Shown: positions 34,146 through 44,586 of the stretch, piece by piece | Layout: each line of letters opens with the position of its first letter | How positions within the stretch are numbered: position 1 is the first letter of the stretch | The notes under the pieces: model-generated | Seen by the model: the letters and a program-made list of their open reading frames with translations, nothing else | Told to the model about the DNA's origin: nothing | The model's database searches: none | Assembly: GCF_038025025.1 (NCBI RefSeq) | Contig: NW_027117340.1 | Span: 496,001 to 560,000 of the forward strand | Direction of reading: 5' to 3' | DNA length: 64,000 bases | Source: Phyllosticta citribraziliensis | Taxonomy: Eukaryota | Translations under genes and position numbers: made by a program

Positions 34146-34892
34146 ATGGCGTCAGCTTTTCGACGCATCTCACAAAGCATTTCAGGATGCTCCGGTCTTG
34201 CGGAAGCAGACAAACGACGGCCATCAATTCATGGCCAAGCCTTGGAATGCGAGTGCCGCTGCGACTGCCCAGGATGTCCGTGTTTGAAGGCGCGAAAAGA
34301 AGCTGTGTTCCGTCGAGAGGAAGATTTGTCCGACTACGTCATTGTTGACAGGTTCGGAGAGTGCTCCAATGCGAGCTCGGAAGACGAGACAATTCGACTG
34401 GGGATTGAGGGTATTGGCGTGTGCCCAATCGCGCCTCAGATTGAGAGAGAAGCGCCATTCCCCTGGCGCATCGACCTCGGAGAGCGCGGTTGGACAGGCA
34501 GCGCCGCGGATGGATTCTCAAATGACGACCATGGACGAGCAGAGATGTTGCACTACTCGGACATTCTGAGAGACCTGGCAGAGATTGACCGGACGGGGAC
34601 GCCAGACTCTTTGGCCAATGAGGCCGCGAGCATGGGAGCAATGAGCATGACGAAATCTGGATTCCTGCGTCGGAGGAGCTTGACGCCGGCGGAGTCGAAT
34701 GTCCAGCCATACAGCCACATGGGAGCTTGGAATGATGGAGCACCGCCGCAGGCATATCTGTTCTCGAGGCAACCGCCGCCATCCGCGACGACGTCAGGGC
34801 TGAGTGAAGAATGTACAACCGGCGGCGGATGGGATGAGAGAGCTGAGTATTCCCAATATCCAAGATTCATTAGGGACGAAGACCTGGCGTAG
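34146..34892 (+). CDS. Putative orphan protein (248 aa) with a Cys cluster CECRCDCPGCPC
   Basis: Long stand-alone ORF not antisense to any recognised gene, good start context (CAAATGG), acidic/disordered composition. No recognisable domain. Confidence 0.45.
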   Translation: MASAFRRISQSISGCSGLAEADKRRPSIHGQALECECRCDCPGCPCLKARKEAVFRREEDLSDYVIVDRFGECSNASSEDETIRLGIEGIGVCPIAPQIEREAPFPWRIDLGERGWTGSAADGFSNDDHGRAEMLHYSDILRDLAEIDRTGTPDSLANEAASMGAMSMTKSGFLRRRSLTPAESNVQPYSHMGAWNDGAPPQAYLFSRQPPPSATTSGLSEECTTGGGWDERAEYSQYPRFIRDEDLA

Positions 34893-35432
34893 AACTGGGG
34901 TTGGAGTGTTATAGATGGCCGAGGAGTTTTGATGGCATAGGTGGTTTTATGGTCGACGGCGTTTTGATAGACCGGGGCGGCGTTTGCTAGTCGGATCCGA
35001 TGGTGGAGGAAGCTGTGGTTTAGTGGGGAGAACAGGCTGCTCTTATCTGCAGGCAATGGCAACGGATCATACGATGTGCAGGTGGTGTGTTCGTCAGGCA
35101 TGGTCTTCTCCACAAGTGGCAGGGTTTGGAGGGAGCACGAGGATGCAAGATCCTGGGTTAGCAGCTTTTCGAGAGGAGAAGGCTCACGAGAAATGGAGCC
35201 ACGTACCAAAGCAATGCTGTGACGCAGTCAAGTCGACACGAGACTGGAGTTCACCTCTGAGGCTGTTTGCGGTGACGACGCACGCAGCCGCGTCGATTGG
35301 ACCCGAGTTCCCTGCCACCCGACCACCATTCAGGCAGTGCGAAAAGAGTAGGAGACCGACGTGGGTGTAAACAACACGGTCGGCCACGCCTCATTTTGGC
35401 GTATAAGAGAGCCCTGGCTCTGGAAGCGCAGT

Positions 35433-35465
35433 CGGTGCGGTGCGGTGCGGTGCGGTGCGGTGCGG
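35433..35465. repeat. (CGGTG)6 microsatellite
   Basis: Directly visible tandem repeat. Confidence 0.9.
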
Positions 35466-35966
35466 GTTCCTTGTGGACACACCCACTGGGATCTCCGCTG
35501 CGTGCATATCATATCGAGGGACCGGGCTCGTTGCTTGGGTCGTTCTCGACCATTCCAAGGTGCGCGGAAGTCCCAACCGCTTGACGCACAAAAGCCCTGC
35601 AGGCTCCTTGCTTGCTGGATTGCTGCTTTGGACAATTTTGACGCCTCGTCTCGTCTCCTCGTGCTCCCCTCCCTCCCTTGGCTCTTATCTCGCGCCGGCC
35701 CTGGCGACATCGGCCCTGTCCTGCAGTAGCACCACGGCAGGAGATACTGCCGTGCTGTACATCCCCCTCGATCCAACATTAAAGCCTGGGGTAGAAACAT
35801 CGCCGACAATCCGGGGGTGCCGCAGCCTCCTATTTCTGCTGGGGGCTATTTGTGGCCGTCGCTGTCTCTCGCACGGCCGCCCAAGGTAATAACCACACCC
35901 TCTCGTCAGGTCAGGACCTGAGACTGGAACCCTTGTATCGTCTCCTATTATTGCAAGCACCCACAT

Positions 35967-35990
35967 CCCGACCCCGACCCCGACCCCGAC
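35967..35990. repeat. (CCCGAC)4 microsatellite
   Basis: Directly visible tandem repeat. Confidence 0.85.
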
Positions 35991-36810
35991 TCGCTCTCAC
36001 GTCGCTCTACTCCAAAAGCCGTTGGACCTGCAAAACCAGAAACAACCATTGGATCCCGTTGCCACTACCATCCCGGCCCACCGACACGCGGCTCCACTGT
36101 TCTCGACGTCACGCCCGCCGCACAACATACCGGCCAAACACTTCAGCTCTCTCCCAGCTCGCAGCTTTGGCCCTCATCACTCTTCAATTTCCTCCTCTTC
36201 GTGCATCTCGGCCGCTCTATACCTGCTCGCCTGTGCGCCATCTCACCCCCAGCTCTCTACCGCACAGGTCCGTTTCCAATCCACATGTCCGCTCCTGAGC
36301 CCCTAAACAACGCGACTACTGCAGCTTTTCGGTTGAGGCTCTGACATTATTCGGCAGACTTGCACAAGGCCCTCTTAGTTTGACCGTTCCGCCGGCTTGT
36401 GAAAACGCTTGTCAAACCTGCGACTCCTGGACCCTTGACACCATAATCCGCACCCTCGGCAGTCGACAACATCCCACGCTTGCGCTTTGCACGAGGCTTC
36501 CGTCCAGCCATCAATCGTCAGACGGACCTTTCCACTGCTTATTGAGTGGCTACCGCGCCTTGGGTTGACTGAACATCATCCCAAGCCATCCCGATTCTTC
36601 CCGACGACTTGCACCCGGCTTTCCCTAGTCGCAAAGAGCTTTGAAGCTTATAGATTGGGACATGATCTGGTGGATAGGGGACAAGGGCGTTGTTTAGATG
36701 CGGAATCTCTTCCTGCATCTCTGTAGCCAAGGCTTGGATTCGATTTGATCTCTGCTTCGAGAGAACTTGAAACAAACATTGGCCTTTCCAGCGGTCGGCC
36801 ACTACCCGCC

Positions 36811-38964
36811 ATGTCATCTTCACCCCCAGCTCCCAAGCGGAGGTTCATGCCCGAGCCTGTCGAAACCACAACAAAATCCTCCAGGAAATTCGCGCCAGAA
36901 CCAGTCGAGATGACGCAAAAGTCCTCGAGAAGATTCGCGCCTGAGCCGGTGGAAACTACGACCAAGTCAACGCGCAAATTCGCCGTCCAGCCTGTTGAGA
37001 CGACGGCGAAGAGCTCGAGGAGATTTGCGCCAGAGCCAGTTGAGACGACTGTGAGGAGCAGCAAGGACCAGCCTGCTGCAGAGCCGCCAACCAAGAGGAA
37101 ATTCGCCCCGCAGCCAGTCGAGACGACGACGAGAAGTAATCGGAATGGCAGTGTCGCGAATGGGATCAACAGCTCGCATGTGGCGCGCGCGGAAGCCAGC
37201 GCCAATTCGGCTGGCGCCCAGTCTACTCCGCAAATCGACGTGGATTCCCCGCAAGCTGAATCACGTCCAAGGAGGAAATTCGCTCCCCAGCTCATCGAAA
37301 CCGCCAAACGCTCCAGAAAAGCAGGCGATGTAGGACCCACCATAAACGAGGCAGATCGAACCGAAGCCACGCCCGATGACGGCGGCGTGCGCAGTCCTGC
37401 GCGACGACCAAGGCTATGCCCCATGCCCGCTCCTCCGGTCAACTCGCCAAACATCTGCGTGCCACCTGTTCCGCAGCCTCTGGAGGCACGGCGCCTTGGT
37501 ATCCCCATGGCCAGGAGCGACTCGCTGAGCAGCAGTCGCTCGCACTCTTTCAGGGTCCCCGATTTGGACACGATTGAGAGCTCCGAATCCGACGGAGAAG
37601 ACACGCCTTCTCTTTCCATGTCCCCCTCGTCTTCTTCAGATCTTTCTACTGCTTTCAACCATGCGACTCGACTGCGAGAGAGTGTCGATGAGCGGTTCTC
37701 TGGTTTCTTGTTGGAAATCGCTGCAAAGGCTGCGGAAAAGCAAATGAGGGAGCAGGCCATGGCAGCCTTTCCAAATGACGACCACCACGAGCCCGTTGAT
37801 CACTTCATCACCAACGAGCCTGATGAGTTGGAAGACGAAGAAAAGGAAGACGGGGAGCGTCGGGAGTCTTTTACAAAAGTTAATTGGGAGTTGCTGGCCA
37901 TGCAAAAGCACATGGAAGAGAAGAACGAGACCAAGCAAAAAGAGCCCACCAAGACGGCTGCGGACCCGGTCAAGACTAGCCCGTGGGGCGATCCGGTATG
38001 GGGCCAGCCTGCTTCCAAAAGTCCTTGGGAAACTGCGGCCAAAAGCCCATGGGGCGATCCCGCTGCCAATCTGTTTAGCCAGCGAGGTCGACAAGAAGAC
38101 CGTGAGATGGATGGAATGCAAAAAGGAGCACGGCCACCCATGCTCGGATACGACATTGTATTCCCACGGTGTCCGTCCCCCGAGCCCGCCAAGTTCGATG
38201 TGACGCAGGGCTCGGAAGCGCTTCGCACCTCCATGTGCTACTTGACGGAACAAAGCAACAACTCCGAGCCTCACACTGGACTCTGGCGCGGTGCTTGCGA
38301 AAAGAAAGCAACAAAGGAAAGGAAAGAAAGTTCCAAGTCAAAGGAGCCTCACACGAGAACACAGCGCTCAAAAGGGTCGTCGCTGCTTTGGTCGGGCCCT
38401 CAAAGCCGGCAACCGAGTCGAGGGGGTCTCTGGAATGGATGCTGCGTCGACACTGGCCCACAGCCTGATGAGCAGACTGGCATGCTCACTCCTCGGATCG
38501 AGGTTGACAATCCCTTCGATAGCCCGCCTCCCACACCAGCACGACCTCCACCAACGCCGCCTGCGTCGAATCCCGACATGCACACCATCCAGGAGAAGCT
38601 GACGGCGCGACAAGCCATGGAGGAGGAGTTCAGCGACGCTTTTGTAACACAAGTCTACAACTACCTCTCGCTCGGATACCCATCGATCGCGCGCAACTAC
38701 GACGAGGAGCTCAGCAAAATCAGCCGGATACCAGTGGACGAGTTGAGACAAGACGACGACTTGGCCACGGCTAGAGGATACATCCGCCTTGGCGATGACA
38801 ACAACGCCAAAGATGCAGGCATCACGGAAGAGACGTGCATGAGGTGGCGAGCTCTGCGGGTGTACATATACGAGTGGGCCAAGCAGCAGCCACATATGGT
38901 GCCCGCAGGTCTCGCGCTGGGTGGTTTTGGCGTCTCTGCCAGGAGAGGCAGTTGGGCCTGGTAA
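36811..38964 (+). CDS. Uncharacterised, largely disordered fungal protein (717 aa) with N-terminal tandem R[RK]FxP[EQ]PVETT repeats and a C-terminal helical domain; intronless
   Basis: 2.15-kb ORF, start GCCATGT; folded-looking C-terminus FVTQVYNYLSLGYPSIARNYDEELSKIS...RWRALRVYIYEW...RRGSWAW. Confidence 0.85.
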   Translation: MSSSPPAPKRRFMPEPVETTTKSSRKFAPEPVEMTQKSSRRFAPEPVETTTKSTRKFAVQPVETTAKSSRRFAPEPVETTVRSSKDQPAAEPPTKRKFAPQPVETTTRSNRNGSVANGINSSHVARAEASANSAGAQSTPQIDVDSPQAESRPRRKFAPQLIETAKRSRKAGDVGPTINEADRTEATPDDGGVRSPARRPRLCPMPAPPVNSPNICVPPVPQPLEARRLGIPMARSDSLSSSRSHSFRVPDLDTIESSESDGEDTPSLSMSPSSSSDLSTAFNHATRLRESVDERFSGFLLEIAAKAAEKQMREQAMAAFPNDDHHEPVDHFITNEPDELEDEEKEDGERRESFTKVNWELLAMQKHMEEKNETKQKEPTKTAADPVKTSPWGDPVWGQPASKSPWETAAKSPWGDPAANLFSQRGRQEDREMDGMQKGARPPMLGYDIVFPRCPSPEPAKFDVTQGSEALRTSMCYLTEQSNNSEPHTGLWRGACEKKATKERKESSKSKEPHTRTQRSKGSSLLWSGPQSRQPSRGGLWNGCCVDTGPQPDEQTGMLTPRIEVDNPFDSPPPTPARPPPTPPASNPDMHTIQEKLTARQAMEEEFSDAFVTQVYNYLSLGYPSIARNYDEELSKISRIPVDELRQDDDLATARGYIRLGDDNNAKDAGITEETCMRWRALRVYIYEWAKQQPHMVPAGLALGGFGVSARRGSWAW

Positions 38965-39515
38965 AAACCGTCTCTACACAATTTTTGGAACCGAGTTTCA
39001 AGGGAACAATTTGGGTACTATCAAACTTGTATCTTTGGATGGAAGTTATGGAAAGGAATCAGCATTTGGCGGGCGTTTGATGGGTTGTCGTTCAAGCCAG
39101 TTATTTTATTGTTGTCAAACCAAGCAAGGCGTGGGATATTCGGGTGTCAATCTGCAATTGAGCGGTAGCAGTCAATGGTCGCAACCCATTGTTTAATCAA
39201 TTCACATTTCATAGTCCAAACGGTGACGGCATCGTTGACGCAGCAGGGCAGCACCGCAGCCAAGCCTGCAGGTGCCCCACTGGGCGAACGTGCCCCTGGG
39301 CTGCCGCAACAGCAACGCAGGGAGAACTCCAGGTCCCCTCCCGTCGTCCCGTCCCCCAGCTCTCACTTGCAGCGGATGAAGTTCGGCCGGTTGCCAGGCG
39401 TGGCCCCGTTTACTCGACCGAGCTCCCGTCCGCGACCTGCGACCTAACACTATCCACCTACTCCTCCTCTGCAACATCTCTCTCTCTGCTTCTTCGTGGT
39501 CACAGCCCTACCAAC

Positions 39516-40974
39516 ATGATGGCGACCGCCGCGGATAAGAAGCTGCTCAAACAGACCAAGTTCCCCCCCGAGTTCGACCAGAAGGTGGATCTCGGAAAAG
39601 TTAACCGGGCTGTCATGAAGAAGCAAGTCGCGTCGTCTCCCTCTGCCTCTCGGGGCTAACCGTTCTCACAGTTGGATTGCTGCTCAGATTCAAAAAATCC
39701 TCAACAACGAGGATGACATCGTCATCGACTTCATCTATAACATTTTTGACGCCGGTCCAACCGTGAGTCTACGCTGTCCTCACTCCCACACCCACGCTCG
39801 CTGACTTGGAGCCCATGCTCTAGCTCGACATAAAAATGCTCCAAATCCAGCTCCAAGGCTTCCTCGACAAGGACGCGCCCGCATTCTGCAAGGAGCTCTG
39901 GAGCCTGCTACTCGATGCGCAAACAAGCAGCCACGGCATTCCAAAGGCAATTGTGGAATCAAAGAAGCAGGAGCTGAAACAAGAAAAGGTGGGTGCCTGA
40001 GATACTTGCACCCTGGCCAAACTAACTCTCTGCAGGTCGACACGGAGAGGGCAGCCGAGGAAGAGCGCCAGAGACGCGAAAACGAGCGCAGACGTCAGGA
40101 GGATCTGGACGACATTCGTCAGCGCGAACGCGGTGACCGGGGCCGCAATAGTCGAGGTCGAGGTGGCCGCGGAGGTTCGAGCTACTCATATCGACCAGCT
40201 CGCTCTCGCTCTCGCTCCCCCCGGCGCAGCTACTACGACGACCGCCGTCCACGTCGAAGGGAAACAGACTCGTACGTTCCAGCTGGTCGCAGGCGCAACA
40301 ACGGCAGGGGAAGGCCGCGCTCGCCTTCGCCCAAATCACCTTCCAGGTCCATCTCCCGTTCCCGCTCGCCGCCACGCCGTCGCCGTCGTCGATCATACAG
40401 CCGCTCCCGCTCACGCTCCATAACTCCACCGCGGAGGCACACAGACAGTCGTCAAAACAGAGACAGGACCCGTTCGCGCAGTCCTGTAGGAAGATCGAGG
40501 CGGGGCAGAAGCCCCGTCCGTGGTGATCACCGTGCTAGAACATCTGTCTCGCCAGAAAGGTCCAACTCACGCGCAACCAGACGCCGCGACAGAAACCGGT
40601 CTCTGTCGTCTCGTGCATCACTTGGTCGATCCCCGCCTCCCCGCACCCGCCAGCCATCTCGCCCGCGTCGACCTTCACATAGCCGGTCTAAGTCTCGGTC
40701 AAGCAGCTCCCGCCGCGGGAGCCACAAGAACAAGCGATCTCCGTCCGTTTCAGAAGACGAAAAGTACAGCAGGGCTGATAGTCGCAAGGGTCGCCGTCGC
40801 CGGAGCCCCAGCTCCTCTAGGAGCCCAAGTCCCCGCAGACACTCTCACAAGCGTTCCCGCCGGGACAGTCCATCAGCCGAGCGCTCTCGCACCCCTGTGC
40901 GTCGCAACACATCTTCTCCTGCGGACCATTCGATGCCCGACGCCAAAAGCTCCCCCTTACAGGTTGGTCAATGA
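39516..40974 (+). CDS. PWI-domain Ser/Arg-rich splicing factor (SRm160/SRRM1-like); 4 exons, first intron GC-AG
   Basis: KQTKFPPEFDQKVDLGKVN...WIAAQIQKILNNEDDIVIDF...IKMLQIQLQGFLDKDAPAFCKELWSLLLDAQ...GIP (PWI domain), followed by a long RS/SP region. The exact 3' end is uncertain. Confidence 0.88.
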
Positions 40975-41975
40975 TTACGAGCTTCCAATTGGACGTCTCT
41001 TTCCACAACAAACTTCTCGTTATGCTGCCTTGGCGGCTGCATCCATTTTGCTTGTCGATAGCCCTAGCAATAGACGAAAACTTCAATACAAGGTCTCATT
41101 TCTAGTCTGGCGTTTGCCAGAGATTCCATGTATCCATTCAACTCAGTATTCAAGAGGGACAAGAGGGAAACACAACTCTGCAGACAGGCCTGCCTTGAGC
41201 AAGATCTGGGGTGGAGTATTCAATCAATCCGCATGCTAATGCTTCGTGAGAAGTTGGCCACGTTTGAATTGGTGTACAGCTCGAGTGTTCTTTGATATTG
41301 TTCTGGTTCCCCAAGTGAATGCATTTTACATGAGTAATGGCGTTTGCTAGTTATTATGGAACAACAAAATGTGTCTGCATCACAACCACCTATCAAGCTG
41401 AGTCTCTGGCGCCCACGTGGAGTGGATAAAGGACAGCTGGTTCATCTGGGCTGGACTAGACCGGTTGGCAGCTGGGCCGGCCCCAGGAACGGAGATTTTG
41501 CGACGCCTCAGGGCGGGATGGGGCCGATGCGCGATGGAAGCATCAAAGAAGACGAAGGAAGGGCATGTGGTGCGCTGGCAAGGTCGGGCTGATTAGGAAA
41601 AGAGTCTCGTGGAGGGCGGTGAGATGGCGGGACATGTTGGTACGGCGAGCGACGGCGACCTTTGGTGCAACAGTGAACGGCTCTACTGGCGGTCAGAAGC
41701 GCTCCCGCGACGACAGCAAAACTGGGCGCCCGTCACACGGCCAGCATCCTATTCGCCTTCACCTTCACCCTCTCCGTCCCTTCGTCTACACTCGTGGCAG
41801 ACCTCTCCCCATCTTCTCCTGCCATCCCCCCGAGCAGGCCGACTTTGCCGGACTAAAACATTTCTCACTCGCCCTGCCAGAACCCCCGCTCCGCTGCTGT
41901 TTACCCGCTGCCATATAGCAACCGTCCTTAAATCCGACGCGGCGCATAGCTGCTGAGCTCTACACCATCGCAATC

Positions 41976-44586
41976 ATGTCTTTGGGCGAGGACCTCCTCA
42001 AGATTGTCAACAGGCTGCAGGACCTGGTCTTCAACACCATCGGAAATGATTCCTTGGACCTGCCGCAGATTGTACGTTTTGGCCACAACCCTCACAACCT
42101 CCTTGAGCTGACTCGATCGTAGGTCGTTGTAGGCTCGCAGTCTGCAGGAAAGTCGTCGGTGCTTGAGAACATTGTCGGCAAAGACTTCCTGCCTCGTGGC
42201 AGCGGCATCGTCACTCGTCGGCCGCTCATTCTCCAGCTCATCAATGTCCCTAGCCAGCACGAAGACCGCCCGGATACCGATGAAGTCCACGTCCCGCATA
42301 CTCCAGCAAGCGTGGCGGCGGGTCAGGAGGAATGGGCAGAGTTTTTGCACATGCCGGGGCGCAAGTTTTTCGACTTTAGGGAAGTGAGGCAGGAGATAGA
42401 AAACGAGACCTCGCGCATAGCAGGAAACAACAAGGGTATCAACCGGCAACCCATCAACCTCAAGATCTACTCCCCCGCCGTGCTGAGCTTGACTTTGGTG
42501 GATCTGCCCGGCCTGACAAAGGTTCGTAGCGCCGCATGCTTGCCCCCGACACGCGAATCTGATTGCTCCTCCAGGTCCCCATTGGAGATCAACCTACGGA
42601 TATCGAAAAGCAGACGAGGAACCTTATCACCGAGTACATCGCCAAGCCCAACAGTATTATTCTCGCCGTTTCCCCTGCCAATGTCGACATTGTCAATTCG
42701 GAGGCGCTCAAGCTGGCGCGGCACGTGGATCCCATGGGTCGCAGGACCATCGGTGTCCTCACAAAACTGGACCTCATGGACCACGGCACCAATGCGCTCG
42801 ATATCCTAGCCGGCCGCGTGTATCCGCTCAAACTGGGATTTATTGGCGTCGTCAACAGGTCCCAGTACGATATTCAGGAGAACAGACCCTTGTCCGATGC
42901 CCTCCAAGCCGAGCGTGACTTTTTCAGACAACACCCTGCGTACCGGAATATGGCCAACCGTTGTGGAACCGAATTCTTGGCAAAGACCCTGAACCAGACC
43001 CTCATGGCACACATTCGCGAGAGACTGCCCGACATCAAGGCTCGGTTGAACACGTTGATGGGCCAGACGCAGCAGGAGCTGGCGAGTTACGGCGATGTCG
43101 CCTTCAACGGCAAAGAGCACAGAGGCTCTTTGATCCTGCAACTGATGACCCGCTTCGCTTCCTCCTTTATTGCCTCGATTGACGGAACGTCTTCTGACAT
43201 CTCTACGCGGGAACTCTGCGGAGGTGCCAGGATTTACTACATCTTCAACTCCGTTTTTGGCAACTCTCTCGAAACTATTGACCCCACGACGAACCTCTCT
43301 TCTCAAGACATTAGGACTGCCATTCGAAACTCTACCGGACCCAGGCCCAGTCTTTTTGTTCCCGAGATGGCATTCGACCTCCTCGTCAGGCCTCAAATCA
43401 AGTTGCTGGAGCCGCCAAGCCAGCGCTGCGTCGAGCTTGTCTACGAGGAACTCATCAAAATTTGCCACACCTGCGGATCCAACGAGCTAAGCCGGTACCC
43501 CCGCCTCCAGGGCAAGCTGATTGAAGTTGTCTCGGACCTACTGCGCGAACGTCTTGGACCCAGCTCAACCTATGTCGAATCTCTCATTTCCATTCAACGC
43601 GCTTATATCAACACCAACCACCCCAACTTCCTTGGCGCGGCAGCTGCAATGTCGTCCGTCCTACACGACAGACAGGAGAAGGAGAGGAAGCTGGCTGCAT
43701 TGGAAGAGAAGAAGAAGCGGGAGCGCAGGCGGCTCAAGGAGTTGAACGGTGTCAACGGCGCCGAGACACCTGAGGACGAGCAGGACGAGATCGAAGTCCC
43801 CGGCGAGAAGGCACTCCCCCACCGCGGTCACTCCAGCAAGCCGAGCCGTAGCATGTCTCCTGCCGTCGGCCGCCCCGGGAACGGCATGCCCGCCATTGCA
43901 AGCCAACTTAACGGATCGAGGTCCATTTCTCCACCAAGGATGCAGCAGGCCGGATCAACAAAAGACTCTTTCCTCAACTACTTTTTCGGCAAGGAGGGTG
44001 GTCTTCCCGGCCCACACATGCCACCGCAAATGTCGGCGGACCGTCCCGGCAGCAGACATGTGACACAGCACCAGGAGCCGAGCTTCAGCGGCAGCATAAG
44101 GCGGGGAGACACGCGCCTGCCCGACCGCAGCATTGCAGACGTGGTCGCGGAGGCGTCGGAAATCGCCATTCCAAGAAACGACTACGACGTCGGCGTAGGA
44201 GGATTTGTGAGTGCCAACCAAGCCCCCTCCTTTTGCAGCTTTACCAGCCCACATACCACTAACACGCCTCGTTGCAGGACCAAGAGCCACCAGAGCTGAC
44301 GGAGCGCGAGGCGCTCGAGACGGAGCTGATCCGGCGGCTCATCTCGTCGTACTTCAACATTGTGCGCGAAACGATTGCGGACCAGGTGCCCAAGGCGGTG
44401 ATGCACCTGCTCGTCAACCACAGCAAAGACGCGGTGCAGAACCGGCTCGTCAGCGAGCTGTACAAGGAGGCGCTGTTCGAGGAGCTGCTGTACGAGGACG
44501 ACGGCATCAAGGCCGAGCGCGAAAAGTGCGAGCGCTTGCTCAAGACGTACAAGGAGGCGGCGTCCATTATTGGCGAGATAAGGTAA
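41976..44586 (+). CDS. DNM1: Dynamin-related GTPase for mitochondrial/peroxisomal fission; 4 exons
   Basis: [41 protein letters not shown], insert B with [10 protein letters not shown], and [16 protein letters not shown]...[13 protein letters not shown]. Confidence 0.95.

Noticed and set aside
36838..37062. 45-nt tandem repeats as a CRISPR-like array
   Set aside because: No spacers; the repeats are in-frame coding units that vary at synonymous sites, in a eukaryotic genome.
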